Below, piece after piece: positions 25,580 through 39,441 of a stretch of DNA of 64,000 bases. Made by a program: the position numbers and the translations under genes. Under the pieces are notes generated by a model, which saw only the letters and a list, made by a program, of their open reading frames with translations, had not been told where the DNA came from and did no database searches. Source of the DNA: Selaginella moellendorffii (Eukaryota > Plantae > Lycopodiophyta); the NCBI RefSeq assembly GCF_000143415.4, contig NW_003314316.1, positions 688,669 to 752,668 of the forward strand, written 5' to 3'. Numbering within the stretch: position 1 is the first letter of the stretch; the number at the start of each line of letters is the position of its first letter.

Positions 25580-27299
25580 TGTAAGCGACTAATTTTTTCC
25601 ATTATACTTTAGTCACTTAACCATACCTCCAACCACTTGGAGGAGTCTCATTCACAACCTCCATAAGTCCAATTCCGGACTTGGGGCTTGCTCACCCCGA
25701 GAAGGGCATCCATGCCCCTCAACCTTTGCACTTGGTCTAAGTGCTCCACGTGTCTGATCCCATGATCAACACTCCAAGGTACCACCAACATACCAGCCCG
25801 TTATGCTAGGCCATGCCCTTTCACCTTGGTCACATCAGTGGTTCAACACCACTTACATTGCAATCCCGTCTCTCCAAGACTGAGCCATCTGTCCATGAGT
25901 GGTCATCCTAGATCCACTCCTTAGCATCCTTAGAATGCCTGCAGACATGGGGAATAGCCTTCCTCGATATCTCCTTTCCAATCCTCACCAAGTCCCTTTC
26001 TGTCTATGGCTGTGTTCACCAACACTGCCACTAGATCAAGGCCCACAAGCCCGACCTCTAAGTCCCTCAATCCTTTGGGACTTCCTCACCATGTGACCGT
26101 ATCCTTGGTCACTGCACTAGAGGATTGCTCCTCTTCCCTTTTACCGTTTAGGACTTTGGGACAATATTTTGGAACACCGTGGCCTTACGCAAGCCTCATG
26201 GGTACTCTCCCCACCTCTCGCCTTTTGGTGCTCTAGCCATGGGCTTAAAGCGAGGTTCCGTTGAGCCACACCAGGTATCCAAGTAGGTAGTGCCACCCAC
26301 ACTTGGACTGGGAGCATCGGCCAGTCGATCTCCTGGGGGAACTAGAGCCGGCTCTTGAACACTTCACCAAGCTACCCCGCTTGTCGGTCCGTGTTCATTC
26401 TAGTCTTGGACTTCCTAGTGGGCAGCTCATCACCCGACACTGGGTCTGGCCTTCCTGGGCCAAACTGGCCTTTCCTGGCCAAACTAGCCTTTTCTGGCCA
26501 AACTAGCTCCACTATAATCCTCCCCCTACTATACTTTTGGAGCTCACCAAACCCCCCAAGGTCTGGGAGACAAACGCTTTGGGCTTTCACCCTCTCAGAC
26601 TCGAACTCGGACTTGGACTCGGACTTGGACTCGGACTCGGACTTGAACTTGGACTTGGACTCGGACTCGAACTCGGACTCGGTCTCGGCCTCGGCCTCGG
26701 TCCTGATCTCGGTCTTGATCTCGGTCTCGGTCCCGGTCTCGGTCTTGACCTCGGAGTCCATCTCGGGTCCTTCTTGGACTCCATCTCGGATTCCATCTCG
26801 GGTCCATCTCGGACTCCATCTCGGACTCCATCTTGGGTCCGTCTCGGACTTAATCTTGGATCCATCTCGGGTCCATCTCGGGTCCATCTCGGACTCCACC
26901 TTGGACTCCACCTCGGACTCCATCTCGGACTCCATCTTGGACTCCATCTCGGGTTTATCTCGGACTCCGTCTTGGGTCCTTCTTGGGTCCACCTCGGACT
27001 CCACCTGACTCCATCTTGGGTCCTTCTCGGACTCCACTTCGGACTCCAACTTGGGTCCATCTTGGACACTTCCATGTGTCATGTGTTAGTCCTTTTTGGG
27101 TCCTTTTTTGGAGCCTCGCTTATTGCTCGCTTTGTGCTCATTCCTCAAACACGTTTTTGGGAGTTCCACTTCTGCTCTCAACCTTTCAAATCGGAGCTTT
27201 TAATCCAAATGTGTTACACTCATTTGGCTTTTGCTTCGGCCACTACCATGTGACGCCCTTCCGGCTCCACTTTGGGGCCTAGGGATTTTGTGTCTCACA
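25580..27299 (-). mobile_element. Solo LTR of family A (1720 bp) with minisatellite ~26595-27068
   Basis: TGTAAGCG...TCTCACA termini, no flanking PBS/PPT; possible decayed TSD GATGG/AATAG. Confidence 0.88.
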
Positions 27300-27709
27300 A
27301 ATAGCTCATGGGCAGCATTGGGCATTCTTGTTCATAATTTCACTAGTATCTTTAAGAGTGTGTTTTTGATATTGTTTTAGTTTCTATAGGACATTGAGGA
27401 ATGTACATACACATTCATCTTTCAAGTGGCATTTATTTTACACAACTCACTAGAAAGTGAAATCTTGGGTTGTGCTAATGATACCCCACAGCATCTTTTA
27501 TGAATCCACCCCAAAGATAGTGACAATCAAGTGCAAGATACCTACCCTTCAAGGGCATCTTGTGGAATCTAACAACTTCCACAAACGATTTGCTGGGCTC
27601 AAGATTGTGACTTTGTGGTAAAAAGCATAGTAAATCTTCCACCAGCTTTTGAAAGGACATAATACTGGCACTGGGAATCTTGTCCCGTCAAATGTAGGTC
27701 TTTGATTCC

Positions 27710-29277
27710 ATGCCAGATCAGATCCTAGCATCCTGGAATTCCTTGCTGGCAAACATGGCATCTTGTTCCTCTTTAGATGACACAAAGAGGGTGTTTGATT
27801 CCATGAAGAGAAGGAATCTTTTCTCTTGGACGGTGATGCTAACGGGATATGCCCGAACTGGGGATCTGGAGGGCATGAACGCTTTGTTTGGTGCTATGCC
27901 CGAGAGGAATCTGATGTCGTGGACGGTCGCGATTAGTGGGTTTGGTTCCAACGGCAAGATCCAGCAAGCAAAGAGTCTGTTCGACTCGATGCTAGAGTGG
28001 AATCTTGTCGCCATGAATGCGATGCTCGCGGCATTTGTCCAGGAGGGCTATCTCCAAGAGGCCAAATCCTTTTTCGATTGGATGCCTGAGACGAATCTAA
28101 TTTCCTCGCAACGTTGCTGCGAGCTTACGCTCAGGAATCACAAATCCTCGAGGCAAAGCGCTTGTTTGATTCAATGCCGGAGAAGAATCTCGTCACCTGG
28201 ACGACGATGGTAGCGGCATTTGGCCAGGATCCTCTTCTTCTGAGTGAAACGAGAGATCTCTTTGATCGGATGCCGGAGCACAACATTGTATCACGGACAG
28301 TGATGCTGATGTCATACGGTCGCGCTGGCCACGTCACTCAAGCACAAGGCATCTTTCATCAAATGCCTGGACGAGACCTGACAGCGTGGAATGCCATGCT
28401 GGTAGCATTTGCCCAAGATGGGCAAATCTTACACGTAATTAACTTGTTTGGGCAAATGCCTGTGCATGACGTAGGATCCATGTCAATCATGGTAGACACG
28501 CTGGCACGGTGTGGGAAGCTTGAGGAAGCAAAAGAAATATTTGATCATGTCCGCGGCTGGTGCATCTCCTCTTGGACGTCGATGATCTTTGCATATACCT
28601 CGTTCGGGTATTTTGAAGAAGCAGAGGCTTTATTTTATACAATGCCCGAAGTAGATACCATAGCCCAAAACGCGCTTATCTCGTCTTTAGCACTCAATCG
28701 TAAACTTGCTAGTGCAGTTGGTGTTTTTCACAGGGCTAACCAGAGAGATGTAACAACCTGGAACACCGTTCTTTCTGCATTTGCCCGTGATGGAAATCTG
28801 CAAGAAGCTGAAAAAGTCTTCCAATCGATGCCGGAGCGCGATCTCGTGAGCTGGAATTCAGTGCTGGTGGCATATGCGGGGCAAGGCAAGCCAGCCCAAG
28901 CGATCGGATTCTTCTACGAGCTTCAGCAACAGTGGATTCCCAGCGCAATCAGCGTTGTTTGCTTCTTGGTTGCCTGCGGCCGGGTGGGGAACTGCGCACT
29001 GGGCATCTCTTGCTTCAGATCCATGACACGGGACTTCGGATTGGAGGCAACCAAGCAGCACTACAGCTGCGTGATCGATCTCCTGTGCCGGGCAGTCGTT
29101 TTGGCGAATGCCCAAGCCGTGATTGCTGAAATGCCCAGTGTTCCTGATCTTGTCGATTGGCATTGCGTGCTCGCGTTTTGTTCCAGTGACAAAAACGTTG
29201 AACAAGGAAGAGTGTGTGCCATGTCTGTTCTTGAGATGGAACCATACAACGCTGCTGCTTACGTCTCGTTGTCATAA
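27710..29277 (+). pseudogene. PLS-class PPR protein pseudogene (1-nt deletion at ~28108, earlier stop)
   Basis: TCCTCGCAACG vs TCCTCGACAACG in intact paralog; two overlapping ORFs of PPR repeats. Confidence 0.85.
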
Positions 29278-29339
29278 ACATTGATCTAAAACTCCCGCCA
29301 AGATTTAAACTTTTGGCTGACGTGGCGCTCATTTATTGG

Positions 29340-31200
29340 TGGAAGGAACCCTAGAAAGGGATCACTGGAATTCGCGAAGATCCCAGGAGCAGCAAGGAGA
29401 AGGAGCAAGAACAGTCTTCTCCTTCCTCCATGGCCGTCAACAATGCGTTGCTGGAAAAGGTGTCGTTGTCATCTTCTTCGTCGGCTTCCGGTGGTGGTGG
29501 GAATGACAGCCGGGGAAAGCTCCGGGGGCATGATTCCTGTGGAGCCACCGTCACCTCCCATTCCACCAGACACCCACGTCACGCGCTCACACAAAAAATC
29601 GTCCAAGCACAACTCTGGATCGAGCGAGGTGGCCTGAGCCGGAGCTGGGGTGGTTCCAATCTCGGGAGGAATTTGCCTTCTCCTCGTGAGATCTGCGAGG
29701 AGCTTGACAAGTTCGTCATCGGCCAGGAACGAGCCAAAAAGGTGTGTGTTCTTGCTTTTATCTTACGTTTAGTTGTTCTTCTCTTCCAGGTGTTGTCTGT
29801 GGCAGTCTATAATCACTACAAACGGATTTACTTTGAGAGTTTAAGAACTGAAGCTGCCAAAGCCGTTGTTATGGGAGAGTACGCAACATTTTTTCTATTC
29901 CTATACCAACAAGTGCTTGCATCGTTTTTCAGATCAGAGGAATTTGACGAGAGCATAGCGTCGAATGCCAATGCGTCTGGAGACGATGAAGTTGAGCTTG
30001 AGAAGAGCAACGTGCTGTTCCTCGGTCCTACTGGCTCTGGTACCGATGCTTTACACAAGATTCCATGCAAGCTCATCTTGATTTTTTGCAGGGAAGACAT
30101 TGTTAGCTAAGTGCTTGGAAAGTTTTCCTTCATAATTGCAGATGCTATGACGCTCACACAAGCAAGATTAAATCAACAAATTTTCTAAGATGCAAGGAAA
30201 TTTTGTTTGAGCTTGCTTCATTTATAAAGTATTGGCTCCTTCTTAGGCAGGATATGTTGGAGAATCTATCCTTCATAAACTTCTTGTGGTATGTTTGGGG
30301 TACTATTACCAAACCTGGTCGTAAGCACTTTGTCTTTCACTAGGCGGCCGAGTTCAACGTAAATGCAGCTCAGCCTACATTGACGAAGTCGACAAAATTA
30401 CCAAAAAGGTACGATCAAAATCCATTTTTCTTTTTTTCTTTCGGCCTGACTTTTCTCCAGTGCAGTCAGAAAGCCTCAACATTGGAAGGGACGTGAGCGG
30501 TGAAGGTGTTCAACAAGCACTGCTCAAAATTTTGGAAGGAACTGTAAGGAGCTGAAATACTATTCTCATTGCAAAGACTTCTCGGGTAATCAACTCGTTC
30601 AGTGAGTGTGTACAGATTGTTAACGTCCCTGAGAAAGGAGCTAGGAAGCATCCTCGTAGTGATCACACCCAGGTTTGCTGTGGGGTTCTATCTTTCAGCT
30701 TTGATTTATTTAACCATGCCTACCTTCAGATTGATACGAAAGAAATCCTTTTTATATGCGGGGGAGCTTTTGTGGATCTGAACGATTGCAGAGAGGTTAG
30801 TGGTTGCAAAGATTTTAGTTATCGTTTTTATCTAAAGCAATATCCTAGGAGACAAGATTCGTCTATCGGTTTTGGGGCACCAGTTAAGAAACAACGGTGG
30901 TACAACGAGTGCGACGGTTGCTTCATCTTCGCTTGAAAAGGTTTGGTCCACTTTACGGCTTTAAAATTAAGAGATCTCTCTTTTCTCTTGATTAGGTCGA
31001 GAGCAGTGATGTCATTTCATATGGATTGATACCAGAGTTTATTGGATGCTTTCCAGTGATTGTGAGCCTTTCTGCTTTGAACGAGGATCAAATGACTTAT
31101 ATTTTACAGCATAACCTTTGCAAGCGGGCAGGTTCTCATGACGCGTAAGAACGCATTACACCAAGCTCTTTGCAGTGAACGACGTAAGAGATGTCTCAAA
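29340..31200 (+). pseudogene. CLPX: ClpX pseudogene (left duplicate): start region deleted, many micro-deletions, 3' truncated
   Basis: Collinear with 55600-58115; [16 protein letters not shown] and IDEVDKI recognisable but frames broken. Confidence 0.88.
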
Positions 31201-32149
31201 ACCAACTCAAGATTGATCATGGCTTGTTCCAATTGGAATCAAGATGAGAGCTCTTTCACTTTGTTCGTTTATCAGCACTCATCATCTCATTCTTTTGATC
31301 GATCGCGCGATCAAAAAGGGAATTTTGGAATTCTGGAACTCAAATCTGGGAGTGAAATTGCGATCAATGCAGGCTGTTCTATGTGCGCTAAGTAGCGGCG
31401 AGAAAACCCACGAGCGCGATTTTGCTAAGCAAATCCCAGGATCACGTAAAAAGCACCAAGAACACCGGGCATTCAAATGGAGGGAGGAGGAATTCTCTTA
31501 CCTGGACGATTCGGTGAGCTCGACGGTAGGACGTGCAAGCGGAGCAGAGTGGATTCTTGGCGAGGCAAACACAAGACCTGGCTCTCAGGGCGATCGAAGC
31601 GATTCGAATTCCAGCGATCAAAAGAGATGGATCGATCGATGGACGGGGAAAGAAGAGGAAGAAGGCAAACGTTTAATAACAAGATTGATAGAAATTAACA
31701 TCACACAAGACACACCCACACAGCACACACATTACATTGCATCAAGGCGGCTTGGGGCCGCCGATGCCGTCCATTCGTTTCATCCGACGGCCGCCAACTC
31801 CTCGGAATTCCCTTCCTCAGAAACACCGTCGGATTCTAGCGGCCATCCAACGGCCCACAGCGAAGAGCTTGCATGGCTGTCCAATGCCGCATGCCGACAA
31901 GATGCTTTTCCCTAACCTAAATATAGAGTAATTAGCACTATACAAATATTAGTATATATTATCGTAGTTGTACAATTGGATTTCACATCATCCTTTTTTC
32001 TCAAAATGATGAAAAACTATCAATATTCTTTCATAAATGGGCCAAGATTTAAAAAAACATTAAGAGGAGGTATCAATGGATCTATAAATGGTGTTAGTTA
32101 TTCATAATCCCTTTGTATAAAATGTTTCAACTATTGCATATACACAATT

Positions 32150-34935
32150 TATGAAAGATTTATTTGTTAGATGTCATGCCAAACCTCATAAACTTGCAGT
32201 CCCACTTGCTGCAACACCCGATATAGTCCTTTCTACTGAGCAAAAAGCCCCTTAGATAAACTATATACTATAAAATTAGGAAAATAGATTAACATCAAGT
32301 CATTTATTCTGTATTTCATAGATGGGAGTTATATCATTATTCTTGTCCCACTTATACATGATTAAAGTGTTCGGTAAACTCTACTCAGACAAGTGGAAGA
32401 ATGCTCATCAAATACTAATCCCATGATCTAACATACAAAGGTAAACCTAACTTTGTTAGTAATATTGGATCATGATCATATAGAAGTTTATATGGTGAAA
32501 ACTTACATCCTTGTGATATACATATATTAAAGAGATGGCAAATAATTATTCTAATCTAAATGTTGAAAGTTCACATACTTCACAATCATCCTTTTGAAGG
32601 TTCGAACAAGCCGTTCTACCAAATTGTTTGACTATGGATGAGAAACACTTGTGAAAGTGTGGTGTATCCCAAATTGAGACATCAAAATATGAAATACTTT
32701 AGTTATAAATGCAGGACCATTATCTGAAAAAATTCACTCTAAACAGGATTGTTGGAACACCATTCTATTGAGGAGGAAGTATCCAACAACAATTGTAGAT
32801 ACGTTAGCAAGAGCACTGACTTCCACCCAACAAGTTAAGTAATCAGAAGAAATAATAATATACTTATTGCCAATAATTGATCGTGGAAAAGGTCTCATCA
32901 AATTAAACGCCACCAATTCAAATGGATGGGAAACTGTAATTGACTCTAACTGTCCTTGTGCAGCATGAGGGGAAGTATTACGAACTTGGCACCAAACACA
33001 ACTACACACATATCAAATAACATTACATCGCATCTCCGGCTAATAAAAAGACTTGCGCAACTTCACGGTCACACGATGATGTCCTATATACCCACCTAGA
33101 ATAGGAAAATTATGGCAAGCATAGAGAAAACATGGAATAAAGATGGAAAGCACCACAAGACATAAATGATCATTAAGATTCATCCCCAGAAAATAAAGAA
33201 AACCGTCCTTAAGGCAATATTGAGAATGTAAATGCCGAAATGGCAAGTCATTAGCAAGTGATGTAGGATTCTTAAACCTATCGTGAAGTCTTTAAATCCA
33301 CTGCTCAATTTTTTTAGCTTCATGAACCTTGTCAAGAAAAGGTAAATCATGTTTTGCACCTTATGGACACTGAACATCAAAATACAACAACTGCCAATGG
33401 CACAAAATCCTCATCTTAAAAATCCACAGATGCTAGAACAACAGACTTCTCAGAAACATGAGAAAAGAGTGAAGAAGGAAAAGGAGCTCGAGAAAGAGCA
33501 TCAGCATCAGCTACAGCTATATAACTCCCTAAGTAATGAACAACATCAAAATCATATATCAAAAGGTTCAAAACCCACCGAATAGTATAATTAACCAAGT
33601 TCTTCTGTTTTAATAATGAAGTAATTGTAGTATGATCATCTTGTAATAATGTCGAAGAACCATGTAGATATACATAAAGTTTCTTAAAACTCTAAACTAT
33701 TGCTAAACACTTCTTCTCTGTCATAGAGTAGTTCATCTCCGTTAGTTGTAATGTATGGTTATAATAGGATGGCACTGACTAAGCACACTTGGGCTCTCTT
33801 GCATCAACACACTTCCAAGACTATCTACATGCAAAATGAAAGGCCGAGTGTAGTCAAGATATGCTAAAACTAAAGGAATCATCAATAACTCTTTGAAATC
33901 TGTAAATGCCCAGTCACGGTCCATAGACCAAATGAAAGATGACATTGACAACTTCAACAATGCTCACAATGGTGCAGTGTAATAAAAAAGATAATCAACA
34001 AAACGATTGAGATATTGCACCTTGCTCAAGAAGTTGTAAACTCTTGAGTTTAAACTTCTCAGAAGGTCACTCAACCTAATACTATTTAAACCCAAGGACA
34101 CTTAACCCAAGACTCTTGACATATTGGAAAAAGGGGTGCATTTTTATTCATGGACCTTTCCCCTTTTTATTTGAACCCTGGAAAAGGGGGTGCACTTTTA
34201 TTCATGGACCTTTCCCCTTTTTATTTGAACTCTTATGGAGTCATTCTGTTTAATTACTTATAGAAGCGTTATATATCATTCATACACTTTAGGGTAAGGA
34301 ACTTTAGAATAGTTACAAATTTGTCAAGATCAACTTGCAAACTTTTACGAGAAATATGGTACCGAAGATAAGTTATATCCTTAGATCCAAGCATGCATTT
34401 CAACCACTACAACTTTAAATCAACTTTCCGTAGCCAATCTAACACCTTACAAATACCATAGACGTGTTCTTCCCATGTCCCCTCTGAGTGGATAAAATAA
34501 TCATCGATGAAGTCAGTAGTCACTTCTGGCATATTACAAAAAGCCTTGTCTATCATCCACTGAAAAGTTGTTAGAGTATTGTTCAAACCAAATAGCATCA
34601 CCAAAAACTTGTACAAACCAAATAATGTATGAAAAGTAGTCTTAGGAATATCTTCTTCAACAATCGGTACTTGCCAATATCCTAAAACAAGATTTTACTT
34701 AGTGAATTAACAACTTCTTCTCAGATGATCCAAGAGATCAATAGTGTGAGGAAGAGGGTACACATCCAAGATCTCACGTTATTTAATGGACGATAGTCAA
34801 TGCAGAAATGAATATTCTCATCAGACTAGGTCGCAAGATGGGGTTTACACACCCAAGGACTTTATGACTTTCGAATAACATTATTTTCCAACATTTTCCT
34901 GATGTTTACACTTAAAATCTTAATCTCTTTGGGTG
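32150..34935 (-). mobile_element. Degenerate Ty3/Gypsy pol relic (RT, RNase H, integrase), right duplicate part 1
   Basis: Integrase PFELVAF..KYII..DYLT.WVE and HPVKQ/NLVER region; zinc-finger H..H..C..C; RNase H LAYLDY.RPFILHVD, DADALSR; RT FGLNN, FIDD. Confidence 0.85.
34035..34262 (-). mobile_element. Cassandra-like solo LTR with 5S-derived core and internal ~54-bp tandem duplication
   Basis: TSD GAAGT/GAAGC; empty site at ~17406-17410 in paralogous RT relic. Confidence 0.8.
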
Positions 34936-35520
34936 TTGTGAATGTGACTGCAAGTATTGAAAGCTACTTTTCAGCTAATCCTTTCAAATATTCTTTCCTT
35001 ACTATCACAACGGTAGAAGGTCAATATTGCTAGACCCTTTATTAGTCCCTTTTGTGCTAGTGGAGTTAAGTAAGCATTTCGAGTGTACTTAGATTGGACG
35101 AGTATAAGGATGGAATTCCTACATGCTATTAATTAAGCATACTTAGCCTGGTAAGGAGTTCCCGTCTCATTGTGTTTTGCACTAGTTAGTGACAAAAATC
35201 CTTGTGTAATGAGACTAGTCCCTCAGTATTGTCAAATGATAGCTTACCATGCCTGGCGAACACCTTCGCTATCATGCTCTTTGTGTTAGTCTCATTTTGA
35301 TCCCAAATGCTATTTATGGAAAGTATCTAGATTTACTAATTTGGCATATCTACAAAATATAGAGATTGTTCTAAACACAATGGTGTTCATCCTATGTCCA
35401 GATTCTCAATCTAGCACCATTTTACATTTAATAAGTTTCAAGTTAGTCCCAAAGACTAATTCTTTGTACTAAAGATGGCTAAGGGTGAAAGCCCAAAGTG
35501 TGCATTCCTCTAAGGGGGGG
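34936..35520 (+). mobile_element. Family B Gypsy 3' internal fragment ending at poly-G PPT
   Basis: Homologous to ~6005-6590. Confidence 0.7.
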
Positions 35521-38505
35521 ATAGCACAAGAAGGCATTGGACTTCAACCTAGGCATAGAAGGGAGGCTCTGGTGGAATCCAGCCACATAAGCGAGAGTAT
35601 GCTATGGAGGAGGTATAATGATCATTGTCTCTTCCAAGTGGTTAGTGCAAGTATGTGCATAAGGTGTTAGTACCTAGGAAAGCATAGTTGTTGGTCATGC
35701 ACCTACACTTTAGGCGAGTCAAAATTGTCGATGTTTATACACCCACTCAAGGAAGGGAGCGTGCATAAATATGGGTAGAAATTTAGTAGAGCACTCAAGG
35801 AGTGGTGGACGAGTGGCTCATGGTAAGAGATTTCAACATGGTTAAGGATTTGAGTGATTGTCAAGGCTCATTGGGAACCATTCAAGGGCAAAAAAGGAAG
35901 AGTTGGATAGGACCAGTGGAAGCCTTGGGAATACTAGACCTCCAATATGTGGAGGGCTTCACTACTCATTCCCACCTATTCACAAGATGGCAATCAACAA
36001 GGAGCCAAGCATACCTAGACAGGATTTATGCCTCCACCAGGCTGTGACAAGATGGAGGGGGGCTCAAAACATGGCTTACATTTGCCACCTTTTCGAACCA
36101 CGACCCACTCTAGGGCATCCTTAAGCTATAGGCTAAGAAGGGAATGACAGTGCAACAGAGAATCACTAAAGCTACATTGGCTGACCAAGTAATGTTGGAG
36201 CTCATCCGAGAAGCACTAAACGAGTGTAAAGGGGAACTTGTTTTGGCCTTGAGTACTTGCTCCACTAAACTTCGGGAAAGGTAAACAACACTCAAGGGAA
36301 AAGTCCTGAAGAAGGTGAGGTTAGTGAGGCAAAAGGTGGTGGTAGCCCAAATAATGGTATTGAACATGAACGATATGGACAAATGGATAGCAACATTGGA
36401 CGAGAGGGAAGTTAAATTGTGAGATAAGGAATATGTAGTATGGAGGACAAATGGGTGATGAATAAGAGACTCCTCAATAAAGTTTTCTACAAAGGGATCC
36501 ATCCAGTCACCGACACTCCCCCAATCCTAGGACAGCATGGCCACAGATCCTAGGGGGGCTTGGGATCATAGACCCCAGTGACATGGCAAAAGCACTAAGA
36601 TATAAAATCATTCTCATGGCCTGCAATTAGGGAGGCAACCATGGTAGCTAATGTTTTGATAAAGTCTCGTAGCGATACTCCCCAAGCACAACGTGGCCAA
36701 ACTTTGGCAGGAGGACCCTTGGTGGCTCTTTACAAATGGGCCAACTCAAGTAGTGAAAGGGGGCAACATCATCCAAAGTATGCACAGATTATAGAGAACT
36801 TTTCCACTTTAACAGATGTTGCCGAGTAGAGTTAAGGGGTGGCTCAACTAGCCCTTGTTCTTGAATGTAGTGTTCCAAATGGGAGACGTCACACTGGGTT
36901 GGGAGACACACTAGACAATCTAGAGAAAAATGCATTCAAATGGTTTTTGGACCATGAAGAAATTGGTTGGAGTGATCAATAAGGATTGGTGGTGAACAGA
37001 GAAGAAGACACAAGTGTTTGGACCGAGGAGGTGGCACAACATCCAACTAGACATTCTGCTACTCCTTCAAGTCATGAACAACACTGGAGGGACAAAGTGG
37101 CCAAGAAGATGCCTCAAAGCAAGAGACTTTGTAGCAATCCAACAACAAATGGAGTGGGACAAATAGGATGTAGTGCGTCGTCCATTGGGGACATGGACAC
37201 AAGCATTCATAGCACCTAAACTAGTGTGGGTAGAAGGGGATGTTGAGGTGTGGTTCATTGCTTCATCGGAGTATAACACAGGATGACCTTTTTATGTTAC
37301 TAGAGGAGATACACTTTTCCTAACAGGTGAGACACAAATGATGCCAAAAGTCACTAATGATAAGGTATGTGGGAGGATCCAAGTTTTTAGGTAGATGCCC
37401 AAGAGGCTGGACATGGTGGAGTTAGAGGGCTTACTAGAGGGTGTTGGAACATTGCTATGGTGGCAACAATAGATGATAGAAGATCTGGACTAGGACCCTA
37501 TTGCATGGTGACGAGGGGTGAAAAGCTTCATCTCCTATGAGGTCAATAAAGCATGTAAAGGATTGCTGACATCTAGAGAAGAGGCATGGGAGGAGATTCT
37601 GAGGCTGTAGTAGAAGTGGATAGCACAAGGGGTTGATGTGGAGCAGATGGTGAACAACACAATTCACTTGTAAAAGCTACATATGCAAGAGAAAGTGAAG
37701 GTCACCTCATGGCTAGCAGCCAATAATAGTCTCCCGGTCAAACTGTGCTTTCAAGATGATGCAAGTCGCAGGTGCAAGATCAAGATGGTCATGCATGCAC
37801 TATGGGAGTGTGATATTGCAAAGGAGGTATGGCAACAAATCATCAAGGCAGTGAAGGAGTTGGGAGTTACACAAGAGTTTGAGGCTTGCAATGGGGACGT
37901 TCTCCACTAATTTGAGGGAGCAAGAGGTCTTACCCAGGGCTTGGCCCTGTGACACATCAAGTGTAAAGGCCGACATGGCTAGGGGATCTAGGTCCACTAG
38001 GATGCGATTGGGATGGAAATAGGAGTTCTCATGTGGGAAGCTCTTGGCCATGCTCAATGGGTAGTATGGCCAGCGATGGGGGTCCAAGCCTTGTGGGAAG
38101 CACATAATTGGGCATGCTTTAATGGGATACAGGTCAAAGAATCAAAGTGATGGTAGAGTGGTGGAGACTTACACTAGCAATGGTACAGCTCCACTACACT
38201 ATCCTCTAGGACAAGGGAAAGCCAAATCGGCTAGAGGAGTGGCGGAGAACATGGTTACCATATTTTGGTGATGGCGACCAGAAAGGAGTTTGATGGAGAT
38301 GGCACCCCAGAATTAATCTTGCGGTCCGCACAAAGGGGGGACTTGGACTTGGATGTGGTATGATGGTGGCAACTGCAACTGCTTCTACTTTAGACTTAGT
38401 GTCACTTAGAATGAGGGAGAGCGCCACTAGGTAGTGTGAGTTTAAGGTGGCATACCCAATTTTTGTATTAGTCCCTATGTGATATTGGGAAATGTACATA
38501 CACGT
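35521..38505 (+). mobile_element. Degenerate LINE (L1/Tx1-like) fragment
   Basis: Endonuclease-like VDVYTP, DFNMV, YLDRIY; zf-RVT-like HALWECDIAKEVW; many stops; 3' boundary approximate. Confidence 0.7.
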
Positions 38506-39441
38506 TTCATCCTTCATGAGTTAGTCATGGAGAAGGGAAAAGAGGAAAAAGACGGAAACATAAAAGGAAGTAATGGGGAGACAAAAGTGATGGAAACACT
38601 AGTAAAACTAGAGGGATGAAAAGTTATTGAAGTGAAAGGAATGGAAACAATATAAAAAAGTATGAGACAAAAGAGAGAAGTTTCAAAGTCACACTCGGCA
38701 TAATTATGCTGCAATAAATCTATATCAAGGATGAGGTCAAAAGGTTGACTTGGCACCACTTGCAATGATTGCAACTCAAGCTTGAGATCACCTATATGCA
38801 TAATCAAGTCCGCCTCATCCCATGCACATACATGTGTACTGCCGTTGCTATAAAAAATTAAAACTAGCTTTGCCACATGATATAAATGTAGATGGCAATG
38901 TATGGCAATAGGCCAAGCAATAAAAAATAAACTCGAGTTCATATCAACAAATAAAAAAGAATAGCAAGAGATTTGTTATTATAAAAACATGTTTGGAAAG
39001 TAACACTAATTGGCTAGTGCCGAATGAACCCCTTGATGATACTCCCGAAAGAAAGATGGAAGGGTCACTGACTTATTCATGCAAGATCCCTCCACTAGTC
39101 GCATGATTCCTCATTTCCCAAAAACATCTCAATGTTCAAACCTTTCATTACAGCAACACCAATAGGACATTGATGCCAAGGTCTCCATCCAATAAATGGA
39201 AGTTGCCACTCTGAAAAACACAAATAATGTTAATAAGTGTGACTAACTTCATCACATGCCTAATAACAGATATCATGGCCACGACCATATTCTCACTTTT
39301 GTCCTTGAGTTTGGGCAGCAGTAGTATCAACCTAGCAAAAAGCATTGTCAAGGGTGGCTGAAGCAAGTGCATGCATAAATCCTACAAAATCTTAATAAAG
39401 TACTAGCCATAACATTCCCAACTTGATCCATTCCGACATAT
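38506..39441 (-). mobile_element. Gypsy protease/gag relic, right duplicate part 2
   Basis: Collinear with 18190-19215. Confidence 0.8.

Noticed and set aside
31244-31915. 223-aa plus-strand ORF
   Set aside because: No homology recognised; sequence reads better as UTR/promoter on the minus strand
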